Part shown: positions 27,512-37,361 of the stretch, in pieces
How positions within the stretch are numbered: position 1 is the stretch's first letter
Layout of the letters: every line of letters begins with the position of its first letter
NCBI GenBank assembly: GCA_905233285.1
Contig: CAJODY010000005.1
Coordinates: 1,246 to 65,245, forward strand
DNA: 64,000 nt
Direction of reading: 5' to 3'
Origin: an uncultured Bacteroidaceae bacterium
GTDB taxonomy: Bacteria; Bacteroidota; Bacteroidia; Bacteroidales; Bacteroidaceae
Translations under genes and position numbers: made by a program
Notes under the pieces: generated by a model
The model's database searches: none
What the model was told of the DNA's origin: nothing
What the model saw: the letters and a program-made list of their open reading frames with translations, nothing else

Positions 27512-28096
27512 TGTGCTTGCTGCAGCAGCCGTAGAAGAAACGGTGTTGACGAGTGTAAGCAGTTTGTCAGCCTTCATGGCAAGCTGGAGTTTGCCGGCAG
27601 AAAGTTTACAATTCATTTTGATTGTCTTCTTTACACTGGTAAGTGTGAGATGAAGGTCGCTACCGTCGAGTTTATAGGTAGCTGCCACCTTTTTCTTGCC
27701 CAGCAGGATGGTCGCCTTACCACCCTCTGCAAAAGTAATCTTCATGGCTCCTGCCTTAACTCCTGCCTTGAGGAGTGCGTTCGAAAGTTCGCTCTGAGCC
27801 TTCGATACAGCTGCTGCAGCTGCTGCCTGTGAGAGGACATTAGACGACTCTGCAGCGATACACGGTTCCTGATAGGTCCATGTGCCGATGATACTCTTTT
27901 CTGTCACTTTGCTGGTACCAAGGAGTGTGGTAACGACGTTTGTAATTGTCGAAGCAGTGGAGCTATTGCCTGTTGCCTTACTTACCGCTGTGCCTGCGAC
28001 ACTTTTGAGAATGTTGTCAAGTTGTGCGTTAGATACTGATGGCATGATGAATGCCAAGGATGTAGCAAATGCTACTTTCAAAATTGCTTTTTTCAT
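27440..28096 (-). CDS. DUF4923-like (lipocalin-like) secreted protein
   Basis: Signal peptide MKKAILKVAFATSLAFIMPSVSNAQ, GTWTYQEP and KITFAEGGKATILLGKKKVAATYKLDGSDLHL. The family assignment is from memory. Confidence 0.5.
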   Translation of the reverse strand: MKKAILKVAFATSLAFIMPSVSNAQLDNILKSVAGTAVSKATGNSSTASTITNVVTTLLGTSKVTEKSIIGTWTYQEPCIAAESSNVLSQAAAAAAVSKAQSELSNALLKAGVKAGAMKITFAEGGKATILLGKKKVAATYKLDGSDLHLTLTSVKKTIKMNCKLSAGKLQLAMKADKLLTLVNTVSSTAAAASTSLATLNTLLKNVDGLYVGLQFTK

Positions 28097-28113
28097 TGTT
28101 GTTGTATTTAAAT

Positions 28114-28160
28114 TGGAGTTAAAATGGAATATTAAGTGGAAGTTAAAATGGAAGTTAAAT
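28114..28160. repeat. About 12-nt periodic array (TGGAAGTTAAAA-like, x4) in the intergenic spacer
   Basis: TGGAGTTAAAA TGGAATATTAAG TGGAAGTTAAAA TGGAAGTTAAAT. Confidence 0.75.
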
Positions 28161-28167
28161 TGACGTC

Positions 28168-30063
28168 TCACCAACGACGACCAGCTCCTCCGCCTGGAGC
28201 ATTTCCACCACCCATGTTACTGCCGCCTGTGTAGGACGAGAGACTGACAGAGGTGCCGCCAGAGGCTGTGCTAATACCATAACCAATCCAGAAGGGAGTG
28301 CCGCTAACTGTAACACCGGAACTGAGGGACGGAGTGCCAGATGTGGACACTACCATAGGGCTTCCCATGTTGCCTGAAGGTACCTTGAAGGCATAGGCAA
28401 GCGTACCGTCACGGTAAAGTGCATAGTAAGTATTCTTGCTGTAGGAAGATGCCTGATAGCAAGTCTGAGAAAGACTTGCACCACTCTCAAGTCCACCGAT
28501 TGCCACAATGTTGCCACCCGTAACATAGAGCTTATATCCGCCCTCGGTATTAGCATCTACAGCCACTTCCGGAGAGGACTGTCCGATAGCATACACGTTG
28601 CCGCCGGCTATATAGAAATTGCCATTAGCATCGAGTCCGTCGTTACCAGTAGAATATCCCATTACAGTACCTCCGGAAATTGTAAAAGTGCTGGCTGAGT
28701 TGATGGCATCGTCACCTGCCGACACATACAGATATCCGTCGGAGATGGTTATTGTACCTTTGCTTTCAATACCCTCGTGATAGGTGGACACAACTGCTAT
28801 GTCACCACCACTGATATTCAGATTGCCATCTGCTTTTATACCCTTGGGAGCCGAACTATAGTTTGACGAACTGCTGTTGCCATAAGTATATTTGCCGCCA
28901 GAAGTTACAATATGAACCGTACCATTATATATATATGTTTCGGCATCGCTACTTATACCCTTGCCTCCGCTACCTGTACTTTTCAGATACACTTCGCCAC
29001 CGGTCTGTATGTAGTTGGCATCGGCTTTTACTCCAGAGCAGGCAGAAGTGGAATTGTCGGTAGAGTCCCATGTGCCGCCACCCGAGGTGATGACGGTGAG
29101 GCGTCCGCCACAAATTTCCACGTTCCCATCGGACGAGATACCCTTACCGGCAGTAGATTGTACATTTATGTTCTGCACTCCACCGTTTATCTTCACGAGC
29201 AGGTCGGCTGAGAGTCCGTTGTTACCTGCCGAACCCACCGTAGCATTGATGCTACCACCCTCAACAACTATGGAATCGTTGGCACGGAGTGCATTATTAG
29301 CATTGGCACGGAGCGTGAGGTTGATATATGAACGCAGACGTATGTAATCACTGCTCTGTATGCAGTTCTTTGCGTTGCCAGTAACTGTAAGGTTTCCGCT
29401 GCCACTAACCGAAAGTTTGCCAGCAGAGAAGACTGTAGCCTTGTGGTCGCCGGAAGCATCCGTCATACTATTGGTAGTTCCATCAGTCACCTCAAGATAG
29501 AGACGCTTGTCGGTAGTCTTACTGAGAACAGCACCACTGGTACTGGTCAGTGAAAGTCCGCAGAGGGTAACCCATGCTTTTTTCTCTGCACCATCGATGG
29601 TAAGCGAACCGTCAGAGGATGACCCACTCAGAACATAGTGAGCCTTCTTCATGGCTGTGATTGTTACATGTGCTCCGTTCACTGAAACAGTAAAGTCTGC
29701 ATCACCATCAGCAATGCCATCAACAGTAGCATTTGCCCCGTCGTAAGTTACGTATATTGTATTAGCCCACCCTGTCGCATAGTCGGCATCGTTTTCAATA
29801 TAGTCATTGTATGCCTCAGTCGTAGCGTCGGTAGGAATTATCTCTGTATCACTGAAAGTAGCCGTATAGAATTCAATCTCTAATGCAGAAGCGTCAGCTG
29901 CCGTCGTGGACCCCGTAGCACCAAAGGCTGGATTGTCATTAGCCTCTGATGGGGAATTGTCGTAGTCGGATAAATCATTACCTGTGGTACATGATACCGA
30001 AAGCAGAAGCATACCAACTGTCAGCAAAAGGAAAGAAATCCGTTTATTCTTTTTCATAAGCAT
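28168..30063 (-). CDS. Lipoprotein with a right-handed beta-helix, Cthe_2159-like carbohydrate-binding family
   Basis: Lipobox LLSVSC. Many repeats of the 'GG.I.I.S..DGI.A' type, and a Gly-rich tail GGSNMGGGNAPGGGAGRRW. Confidence 0.55.
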   Translation of the reverse strand: MLMKKNKRISFLLLTVGMLLLSVSCTTGNDLSDYDNSPSEANDNPAFGATGSTTAADASALEIEFYTATFSDTEIIPTDATTEAYNDYIENDADYATGWANTIYVTYDGANATVDGIADGDADFTVSVNGAHVTITAMKKAHYVLSGSSSDGSLTIDGAEKKAWVTLCGLSLTSTSGAVLSKTTDKRLYLEVTDGTTNSMTDASGDHKATVFSAGKLSVSGSGNLTVTGNAKNCIQSSDYIRLRSYINLTLRANANNALRANDSIVVEGGSINATVGSAGNNGLSADLLVKINGGVQNINVQSTAGKGISSDGNVEICGGRLTVITSGGGTWDSTDNSTSACSGVKADANYIQTGGEVYLKSTGSGGKGISSDAETYIYNGTVHIVTSGGKYTYGNSSSSNYSSAPKGIKADGNLNISGGDIAVVSTYHEGIESKGTITISDGYLYVSAGDDAINSASTFTISGGTVMGYSTGNDGLDANGNFYIAGGNVYAIGQSSPEVAVDANTEGGYKLYVTGGNIVAIGGLESGASLSQTCYQASSYSKNTYYALYRDGTLAYAFKVPSGNMGSPMVVSTSGTPSLSSGVTVSGTPFWIGYGISTASGGTSVSLSSYTGGSNMGGGNAPGGGAGRRW

Positions 30064-30154
30064 AATAATTGGGTTTTACGATTTAATGAAATAACGCGGA
30101 GGTTTCGCGCTTTATTTTATCGTTAAACTCAATTAAGGCTTTATTGTGATTTGT

Positions 30155-31489
30155 TTACAGTTCGATATTTTCCACGTTTTCTATCTCGCAGAAGCGCTTT
30201 GTGAACTTGCCTACACGGAGATTCTTGATTGTCACGTCACGTGCCGGCAGGCGCTTGTCACCCTTGAGGGTTATGACTGTCTCGCAGGAGTCAACCTCGA
30301 CATCTTCGACATGGAGTCCCTGAATCTTTGTTAGACGAGTCTCGTAATCAGGAAAATCCTTCCACTGATAGACTACGTCGGTGGCCAGAGCAACAGCCTC
30401 TTTGCAATAGCGCACCTTAGCTCCGCGAAGCCATATATTCTCAACGAATCCACCACGACGGTGGTTGGTCTTAACGTAGTAGAGACGGAGCACCTCACCC
30501 GGGGTTGTACAGTTGGTCATATATACGTTGCGTATACCGCCTGAGAGCTCGGAACCGATGCCGAGCAAGGTGTGACCCTTCTTGATGGTACAGTTTCGTA
30601 TGACTATGTTCTCCGTGGGGCAGTCAAGCCGCCAAGCATCCTGATTGCGTCCTGCCTTGATAACTACAGCATCGTCACCCTGGTCGAAGGTGCAGTTTTC
30701 AACAAGGAAGTTCTTGGTCATGTCAATGTCGATGCCGTCGTTGTTGTGACCATGAGCATAGACATCGAGTCCGCGAGCTATACCCCCGTCGCACATATAT
30801 ATATGTATAGTCCAGAATGGACTTTCACGGATGGCAAAGTTTTCGAGCAGGACATTCTTGCAACGGTTGAACTGTATGAGGTGAGGACGCATACGACTGA
30901 GAGTGTCAGCTACCTGGCGCTGTTCCATAGGGAAGAGTTCGGAGCACCAAGTATAGAGTTTGCGTGTAGCCTCAACATGTGACGGAGGACGGTTGAACCA
31001 CGTCTTCCAATATTTCATGCGGGGAGCCAACTTACCCTTGCCACTTACTGCTATGTTCTCACATTCGTAGGCATAGACGAGTGGCGAATAGTTGTAGCAC
31101 TCCACTCCTTCCCATGTGGTATGAACGGCAGGGAGGTAGTCTTTCGGATTGTCGGTAAACTCAACCACGGCTCCTTCTTCGAGGCGGAGGTTGCAGTTGG
31201 ACTTGAAATGTATGGCTCCTGTAATCCACTTGCCGGCAGGAACGACTACATAGCCGCCTCCAGCCTTACTGCAAGCTGCCATTGCTTTCTGGAAGGCTTT
31301 GGTACAGAGGGTCTTGCCGTCGCTCTTGGCTCCGTACTTCGTGATGGGAAACTCACGTTCAGGGAATATATATTCCTTGATAGGCTGCATGGGGAACGGA
31401 GCATCAGTGATTATTGTCTCACGATACTGAGCCGATGCAGGAACTACTACTATCAGAAAAAGAGCAATGACCGAAAGGATATGTTTCAT
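30155..31489 (-). CDS. Glycoside hydrolase family 28 (polygalacturonase or related)
   Basis: Signal peptide, then HNNDGIDI, QGDDAVVIKAG and IRNCTIKKGHTLLGIGSE. Confidence 0.85.
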   Translation of the reverse strand: MKHILSVIALFLIVVVPASAQYRETIITDAPFPMQPIKEYIFPEREFPITKYGAKSDGKTLCTKAFQKAMAACSKAGGGYVVVPAGKWITGAIHFKSNCNLRLEEGAVVEFTDNPKDYLPAVHTTWEGVECYNYSPLVYAYECENIAVSGKGKLAPRMKYWKTWFNRPPSHVEATRKLYTWCSELFPMEQRQVADTLSRMRPHLIQFNRCKNVLLENFAIRESPFWTIHIYMCDGGIARGLDVYAHGHNNDGIDIDMTKNFLVENCTFDQGDDAVVIKAGRNQDAWRLDCPTENIVIRNCTIKKGHTLLGIGSELSGGIRNVYMTNCTTPGEVLRLYYVKTNHRRGGFVENIWLRGAKVRYCKEAVALATDVVYQWKDFPDYETRLTKIQGLHVEDVEVDSCETVITLKGDKRLPARDVTIKNLRVGKFTKRFCEIENVENIEL

Positions 31490-31514
31490 AGGGAAGATTA
31501 AGGGATAAGGGTTA

Positions 31515-32408
31515 TTATTTTATTTCGCCGAAGTAGTTTGTATCGGCAAGTTTCATAAGGTATTGTCCGTATTGGTTCTTTATCATCGGTTGAGCCAACT
31601 GACGAAGCTTCTCAGTAGATATCCAACCCTTATGGTAAGCGATTCCTTCAAGACAGGCTATCTTCAGACCGGTACGTTTCTCCAGCACTTCGATAAACGT
31701 ACTTGCCTCGGAGAGAGAGTCGTGGGTACCGGTATCAAGCCATGCGAAACCACGTCCGAGAAGCTGTACCTTGAGGTTCTTCTCGTTGAGGAACTCCTGA
31801 TTGACAGTTGTAATTTCCAGTTCACCACGCGCACTTGGCTTTATGTTCTTTGCCACTTCGACCACTTTATTGGGATAGAAGTAAAGTCCGACAACGGCAT
31901 AGTTGGACTTTGGCTTTGCAGGTTTCTCCTCGATGCTCAGACAGTTGCCCTCACGGTCGAACTCTGCCACACCGTAACGTTCAGGGTCTTGTACCCAATA
32001 GCCGAACACGTTTGCCTTACCATTGGCTGCATCGGCAACACATTGGCGAAGCATACCTGAAAAACCTCGTCCGTGGAAGATATTATCACCGAGTACGAGA
32101 CATACGTCGTCCTTGCCTACGAACTTCTCACCAATGATGAATGCCTGTGCCAGTCCGTCGGGCGATGGTTGCTCTGCATATTCGAAGTGTACTCCGTAGT
32201 CGCTGCCATCGCCAAGGAGACGACGGAAACCCGGAAGATCGTAAGGAGTGGATATAATCAGGATGTCACGAATGCCTGCAAGCATAAGGACACTGATGGG
32301 ATAATAAACCATCGGTTTATCGAAGATAGGAAGTAGCTGTTTGCTCACTCCCTTTGTTATGGGGTAGAGACGGGTTCCCGAACCGCCTGCCAATACTATT
32401 CCTTTCAT
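31515..32408 (-). CDS. rfbA: Glucose-1-phosphate thymidylyltransferase
   Basis: [24 protein letters not shown] and [12 protein letters not shown]. Length is 297 aa. Confidence 0.95.
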   Translation of the reverse strand: MKGIVLAGGSGTRLYPITKGVSKQLLPIFDKPMVYYPISVLMLAGIRDILIISTPYDLPGFRRLLGDGSDYGVHFEYAEQPSPDGLAQAFIIGEKFVGKDDVCLVLGDNIFHGRGFSGMLRQCVADAANGKANVFGYWVQDPERYGVAEFDREGNCLSIEEKPAKPKSNYAVVGLYFYPNKVVEVAKNIKPSARGELEITTVNQEFLNEKNLKVQLLGRGFAWLDTGTHDSLSEASTFIEVLEKRTGLKIACLEGIAYHKGWISTEKLRQLAQPMIKNQYGQYLMKLADTNYFGEIK

Positions 32409-32908
32409 TTCGTTTTCTTAGTTTTCTTTGCTTGTGAAGCGCTCAGAGCGCGGCTAACTTCCTTCTCAATAGCTTCGCCACGGAGTCTGCGAGCTACTAT
32501 CTTACCGTCGGGGGCGAAGAGGATGATTTCAGGAATGCTCTGAATACCATAAGCATTGGAACCATTCTTACCAGCATTAAGCATCTGTGGATAGTTGATA
32601 CCGAGTTCCTGTATGGCTTTCAGTGTGTTGTCGGGTTCGTCCCAAGTAGCAACACCAAGAACTGTGAACTTATCACCCTTGTGCTTGTTATAGACCGCGA
32701 TGAGGTTTGGAATCTCTCGACGACATGGAGGACACCAACTTGCCCAGAAGTCAACGAGGACATACTTGCCCTTGCCTACATAGTCGCTCAGTTTGGTTGT
32801 CTTACCATTGTACGATGCAGAGAAATCCTTAAACATGTCACCTGCATTCTGTGCTCCGCACATTACTGACATGGTCAGAAGCAGACAGCTAATCAGATAC
32901 TTTTTCAT
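32405..32908 (-). CDS. TlpA-like thiol:disulfide oxidoreductase (thioredoxin fold), secreted
   Basis: Signal peptide and [14 protein letters not shown] (CxxC). Its stop overlaps the rfbA ATG as ATGA. Confidence 0.85.
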   Translation of the reverse strand: MKKYLISCLLLTMSVMCGAQNAGDMFKDFSASYNGKTTKLSDYVGKGKYVLVDFWASWCPPCRREIPNLIAVYNKHKGDKFTVLGVATWDEPDNTLKAIQELGINYPQMLNAGKNGSNAYGIQSIPEIILFAPDGKIVARRLRGEAIEKEVSRALSASQAKKTKKTK

Positions 32909-33129
32909 AATTATTCGTTTAATTTTAATGATTCGTTTGTTTAGCGGATGCGAAGATAGAGATAATTCTGCGATAAACGGCATTTTCCTGCTTAAAAAGA
33001 CTTACGTTCAACGTACGTTGAGCACAATTTTTTTGAACGTTTTCGAACACATCGATTGATTTACATCATAAAAACAACTGTTTTTGAAATGTTTTCGCAC
33101 ACAATTCTTGCAGATTTGCCAAAGTGGCG

Positions 33130-33137
33130 TACCTTTG
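33130..33137 (+). promoter_or_regulatory. Orphan -7 box (TACCTTTG) with no downstream + strand CDS
   Basis: Matches TAnnTTTG, and an intrinsic terminator follows about 45 nt downstream. Confidence 0.35.
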
Positions 33138-33143
33138 CATCGT

Positions 33144-33206
33144 GTTTTTCATAGTATTAGATTTAAGGTTATTAAAGGTTGGGGATACAGCGGTATCCCT
33201 TTTTTT
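33144..33206 (+). ncRNA. Candidate small RNA of about 60 nt (promoter box plus intrinsic terminator)
   Basis: The -7 box at 33130-33137, hairpin GGGATAC-AGCG-GTATCCC at 33182-33199, and T7 at 33200-33206. No credible ORF is present. Confidence 0.3.
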
Positions 33207-33258
33207 GTGCCCTATAGCGATTGCATCCAGAGATAACACCCTATAAATCAATTCGGAA

Positions 33259-33996
33259 TCAGAAGTTAAACGTACATCCAAGGAGGAAATACATACGTCC
33301 CGACTCAGGATTTGCCGTAGCTTGTACAAAGACGGGCAGTTCGAAGTTGGAAGAGAACTTAATTGCCCTCGTGGCTCTGAGGGTCACATTAGTAATCGAG
33401 AAACCCTCTGCATCGTCATAAGTACCCTTGGGGCCGTAAGGTAGGAAACCAAACTCGGCTTTCCAATCAAAGCCTCCGAGACGGAACGGAGCAGAAATCT
33501 CGGCATAAGAAGCATATGCATGTTTCTCGTTTCCCCAATCATCCACATATTTATCGGCATATCCTGCAAAATAGGTGCTCCAATGGAGCATAAGAAATCC
33601 GAAATCGTATTCCAGACTAGCCTCTACACCATGATAGCTACCCTGCTTAAAGTAGAAATACTTAGGGTCGGAACCGTCTCGCACACAGAAATCATCGCAG
33701 AGTCCAATGGTAAATCCTTTGTAGCTGTATTTCAGTTCGACATCTATCTCCTTTGTGACCCAGTCGGTGTTGTCGTTTCTCACCAGTCCGCAACTACCCC
33801 ATAGTCCCAACGACAATCCACGCCATCCTACTGTAACAGAAGGCTGTATGGCAGCATTACCAAAATCCAGTCCACGCCAGAGGAAATGGCTCACCAAGTC
33901 TGCTGATGCGGACACCTCTACTCTTTTCTGGGCAACACCACTCATCGGCGCAAGAAAGGCGACCAGAAACAAAACATTTCTTAATATTCTTCTCAT
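33259..33996 (-). CDS. Putative outer-membrane beta-barrel/porin (TorF/Gcw_chp-like)
   Basis: Signal peptide. SADLVSHFLWRGLDFGNAAIQPSVTVGW, and a C-terminal ...LGCTFNF. Confidence 0.5.
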   Translation of the reverse strand: MRRILRNVLFLVAFLAPMSGVAQKRVEVSASADLVSHFLWRGLDFGNAAIQPSVTVGWRGLSLGLWGSCGLVRNDNTDWVTKEIDVELKYSYKGFTIGLCDDFCVRDGSDPKYFYFKQGSYHGVEASLEYDFGFLMLHWSTYFAGYADKYVDDWGNEKHAYASYAEISAPFRLGGFDWKAEFGFLPYGPKGTYDDAEGFSITNVTLRATRAIKFSSNFELPVFVQATANPESGRMYFLLGCTFNF

Positions 33997-34053
33997 ATTT
34001 TTTTGAAATTTTCGGCAAAGATACGTGATTTTATCCGTAACTTCGCAGCCGTT

Positions 34054-35046
34054 ATGGAATTAATTACAGATATCGTCTTTTTCCTGGTCGGACTGACCGG
34101 TATAGTGAAAGGTGCCGATTGGCTTACCGACGGGGCAGCAAGCATAGCCCGCCGCTTCGGCATTCCGACACTGGTCATAGGACTAACGATTGTTGCTATC
34201 GGTACGTCGGCTCCGGAATTTGTAGTCAGTATGCTTGGAGCCATACACAAGAGTCCGGATATTGCCATAGGTAACGTTGTGGGCAGCAACATCTTCAATA
34301 TTCTGGGTATGATGGGAACGACAGCCCTCATATCACCGATACTGCTCACACGCAACAATGTCGTGCGCGACCTTCCTATTATGAATCTGGCTGTAGGAGC
34401 TCTGTTCGTACTTCTTGCAGACAAAATACTCGATGACGACGTCACACGTAACTACCTGTCACGTGCCGACGGAATCATCCTGCTATGTCTCTTTGCCATG
34501 TATATGTACTACACTATGTGGCTGGCAAAGAAAGACAGGAAGGAAGCGAAGACTGAAACAGACGAGAAAAACACTAAAAACGACGGTCGGAGTCTGTGGT
34601 TTTCCATAGCTTTGTTTCTGTTTGGATTGGGGATACTCATAGGCGGAGGCGAACTGATGGTAGATGGTGCCTCAGGCATAGCACGTTCGTTGGGTGTAAG
34701 CGATGCCATAATAGCTCTTACCATTGTAAGTATAGGTACGTCGGCTCCGGAACTGGCTACCAGCATAGCAGCAGCACGCAAAGGCGACAACGCAATGGCC
34801 GTAGGCAACGTTGTTGGTAGTGTGGTGTTCAACACCCTGCTTATTCTCGGAGCCTCATCGATAGTATATCCGTTGCCGATGAAAGGCATCACGTATATAG
34901 ACCTTTCCGTAGAACTGGGTGCCGCCCTACTCTTCTGGTTTTTCAGTTTCTGTATCGGAAAACGCTATATCATCACACGTTCCAATGGTGCATTCATGGT
35001 ACTGCTTCAGATAGCATACTATGTCTGGCTGGTAATAAACAAGTAA
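34054..35046 (+). CDS. Ca2+/Na+ antiporter (CaCA family, YrbG-like)
   Basis: Two alpha-repeats: GTSAPEFVVS...GNVVGSNIFNIL and GTSAPELATS...GNVVGSVVFNTL. The start was set at ATG 34054. Confidence 0.9.
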   Translation: MELITDIVFFLVGLTGIVKGADWLTDGAASIARRFGIPTLVIGLTIVAIGTSAPEFVVSMLGAIHKSPDIAIGNVVGSNIFNILGMMGTTALISPILLTRNNVVRDLPIMNLAVGALFVLLADKILDDDVTRNYLSRADGIILLCLFAMYMYYTMWLAKKDRKEAKTETDEKNTKNDGRSLWFSIALFLFGLGILIGGGELMVDGASGIARSLGVSDAIIALTIVSIGTSAPELATSIAAARKGDNAMAVGNVVGSVVFNTLLILGASSIVYPLPMKGITYIDLSVELGAALLFWFFSFCIGKRYIITRSNGAFMVLLQIAYYVWLVINK

Positions 35047-35050
35047 GACC

Positions 35051-35839
35051 ATGTCCTCAACCATCTCCATCATAAATCTGACTACAGGTTACAAGGCTAA
35101 GAAAGGCAACGCAGAAGTGTCGCGTCATCTTACGGCATCACTCTCCCCCAACCAGCTCACATGTATCTTGGGACCAAACGGAGCAGGCAAATCGACTCTG
35201 CTTCGCACCCTTTGCGGGTTTCAGTCTCCACTAAGTGGAAGCGTGCAGATTAAGGGACGCGAAGTGGAATCATACACGAAGAGCGAACTCTCGAAACTGG
35301 TGAGTGTCGTACTTACCGACAACTCCGGAGTAAAAGACATGACTGCGTGGGACGTAGTAGGTATGGGACGCAGTCCCTATACCGGCTTCTGGGGCAGACT
35401 CTCTCTCCACGACGAGAAGGTGATTGCCGGGAGTATGAGTCTGGTAGGCATCGAATGGCTTAAGGACAGGAAGATGCACACCCTCTCCGACGGAGAATGT
35501 CAGAAGGTGATGATTGCAAAGGCTCTGGCACAGGAGACTCCCATCATAATACTTGACGAGCCAACTGCCTATCTCGACTACCCAAGCAAGATTCAGATGA
35601 TGCTACTGTTGAAGGAACTGGCACGTTCACTACAGAAAACTATATTCCTCAGTACCCACGACCTGGAACATGCCCTGCAGATTGCCGACTGCATCTGGCT
35701 TTTAGACAAGGAACAGGGATTCACTACAGGCACACCTTACGACCTATGCAAAGATGGAAGCATAGAGCGTTATTTCAGTCGCAAAGGAATCGAGCCTCTG
35801 CTCCACAGCGTTGTGGAGGGGATAATCAAAGCCTTCTAG
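35051..35839 (+). CDS. ABC transporter ATP-binding protein (FepC/BtuD-like) with no adjacent permease
   Basis: Walker A GPNGAGKSTL, signature LSDGECQKV, Walker B IIILDEP and H-loop STHD. Confidence 0.85.
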   Translation: MSSTISIINLTTGYKAKKGNAEVSRHLTASLSPNQLTCILGPNGAGKSTLLRTLCGFQSPLSGSVQIKGREVESYTKSELSKLVSVVLTDNSGVKDMTAWDVVGMGRSPYTGFWGRLSLHDEKVIAGSMSLVGIEWLKDRKMHTLSDGECQKVMIAKALAQETPIIILDEPTAYLDYPSKIQMMLLLKELARSLQKTIFLSTHDLEHALQIADCIWLLDKEQGFTTGTPYDLCKDGSIERYFSRKGIEPLLHSVVEGIIKAF

Positions 35840-35876
35840 TTTCTCTAATGCCCCTAGTATTACTAGTGCTACTAGA

Positions 35877-37346
35877 CTAATACTCCGCTGCCGAGTATTT
35901 CGGCTTTCGTGGCAGCATCCACAGTCCTACGAAGGTGAGCAGTCCGTTCAGCATCAGCATTTCGTAGCCGAACTCATACCCGTAATGCTGCTTGCATACG
36001 TAGTTCAGCACCAGACAAATCAGGGGCGAAGCGATAGCTACGTACATCACACCTTTCTCTTTCGGCGTTGACTCCATCAGCAGTCCGTAAGCAAACAGTC
36101 CGAGCAATGGGCCGTAGGTATAGCTTACGAGAGTATAAATCAAGTCCATTACGCTACTGCTACCCACTTCATTGAAGAGCAAGGTGAGGCACAGGAAGAG
36201 CAGCATCATGAATATGTGGACACGTTTGCGAACGAGTTCCTTTCTGGCTGTAACCTTCAAATCGACGCTGTAGAATTTCTCCATATCCAGAATATCGACA
36301 CAGAACGAAGTAGTAAGGGCTGTCAGCGCACTATCGGCACTCGACAACGCACTCGCCACTACTCCTATCGTGAAGAACATAAGTGCAGCCTCACCCAAGG
36401 CGCCGGAGAAGATGATACCACTCAACAGTTCGTCGCCACTTGCTGGCAGCTCCATACCCAGCTTACCATAAAGCATCAAGAGCAGAATGCCGAGAGCAAG
36501 GAACAGGAAGTTGACCGGTAGGAACATAACCCCATAGGTACACATATTCATTTGTGCTCCACGCAAGGAACGGCACGTCAGGTTCTTCTGCATCATGTCC
36601 TGATCCAGTCCCGTCATCACGATTACCACGAACACACCACTCAGAAACTGTTTCCAGAAGTTCTGGCGCGACACGAAATCATCCCACTCGAATATGCGGC
36701 TGTGAGGGTCGTTCATTACTGCTGTCATAGCCTCAGACGGACTAAAGTCCAGCATACTGCACACACGAAGCATAATCAGCACGAGTGCTGCAAGCAGGAA
36801 GAAAGTCTGAAAGACATCAGTCCACACCAGCGACTTCATTCCGCTTCTGTGGGTATAGAGCCAGATTAAGAAAAGAGTCAGAGCAGCCGTAACAGCATAC
36901 GGGATGCCATATTCGTCGGCTACGCAGACCTGCAATATACGAATTACGATGTAGAACTTCGCTGCGGCACTGAGCAACTTACTCAGTATGAAGAACGTAG
37001 CTCCTGTCTTGTACCCCTTCGTGCCAAACCTCGCATCCAGATATGTATAGATTGAAGTAAGCTTCATCCTATAGTACAAAGGCAGCAGGACGAACGCCAC
37101 GAATATGTATCCGAAGATGAAACCGATGCACATCTGCAGATAGGTCATATCGGTAGTCATCACCCATCCCGGCACACCTATGAACGTGAGTCCGCTGATG
37201 CTGGCACCAATCATTCCGAACGCCACCAGTCCCCAGTACGAACTTTTGCCGGCACAGAAGAACGTGTCGTTACTATCGTAATCGGCTACCCATCGCGACA
37301 CGAGGAGCAGCAGGGCCAAATAAGCACAGAGAGCAAAAACAACCAT
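35877..37346 (-). CDS. Sodium:solute symporter family transporter
   Basis: 489 aa with about 13 TM helices. The N-terminal FFCAGKSSYWGLVAFGMIGASISGLTFIGVPG is SSF-like. Confidence 0.75.
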   Translation of the reverse strand: MVVFALCAYLALLLLVSRWVADYDSNDTFFCAGKSSYWGLVAFGMIGASISGLTFIGVPGWVMTTDMTYLQMCIGFIFGYIFVAFVLLPLYYRMKLTSIYTYLDARFGTKGYKTGATFFILSKLLSAAAKFYIVIRILQVCVADEYGIPYAVTAALTLFLIWLYTHRSGMKSLVWTDVFQTFFLLAALVLIMLRVCSMLDFSPSEAMTAVMNDPHSRIFEWDDFVSRQNFWKQFLSGVFVVIVMTGLDQDMMQKNLTCRSLRGAQMNMCTYGVMFLPVNFLFLALGILLLMLYGKLGMELPASGDELLSGIIFSGALGEAALMFFTIGVVASALSSADSALTALTTSFCVDILDMEKFYSVDLKVTARKELVRKRVHIFMMLLFLCLTLLFNEVGSSSVMDLIYTLVSYTYGPLLGLFAYGLLMESTPKEKGVMYVAIASPLICLVLNYVCKQHYGYEFGYEMLMLNGLLTFVGLWMLPRKPKYSAAEY

Positions 37347-37361
37347 AAAAACCTTATCTTT

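Noticed and set aside
30064-30154. Possible terminator hairpin (AACGCGGAGGTTTCGCGC) between the beta-helix lipoprotein gene and GH28
   Set aside because: Only a 4-5-bp GC core pairs cleanly and the flanks mispair. This is too weak to call.
33066-33329. 87-aa ORF spanning the porin 3' end and the candidate sRNA region
   Set aside because: It overlaps the porin stop region and the + strand promoter/terminator pair. It shows no signal or motifs, so the non-coding interpretation fits better.
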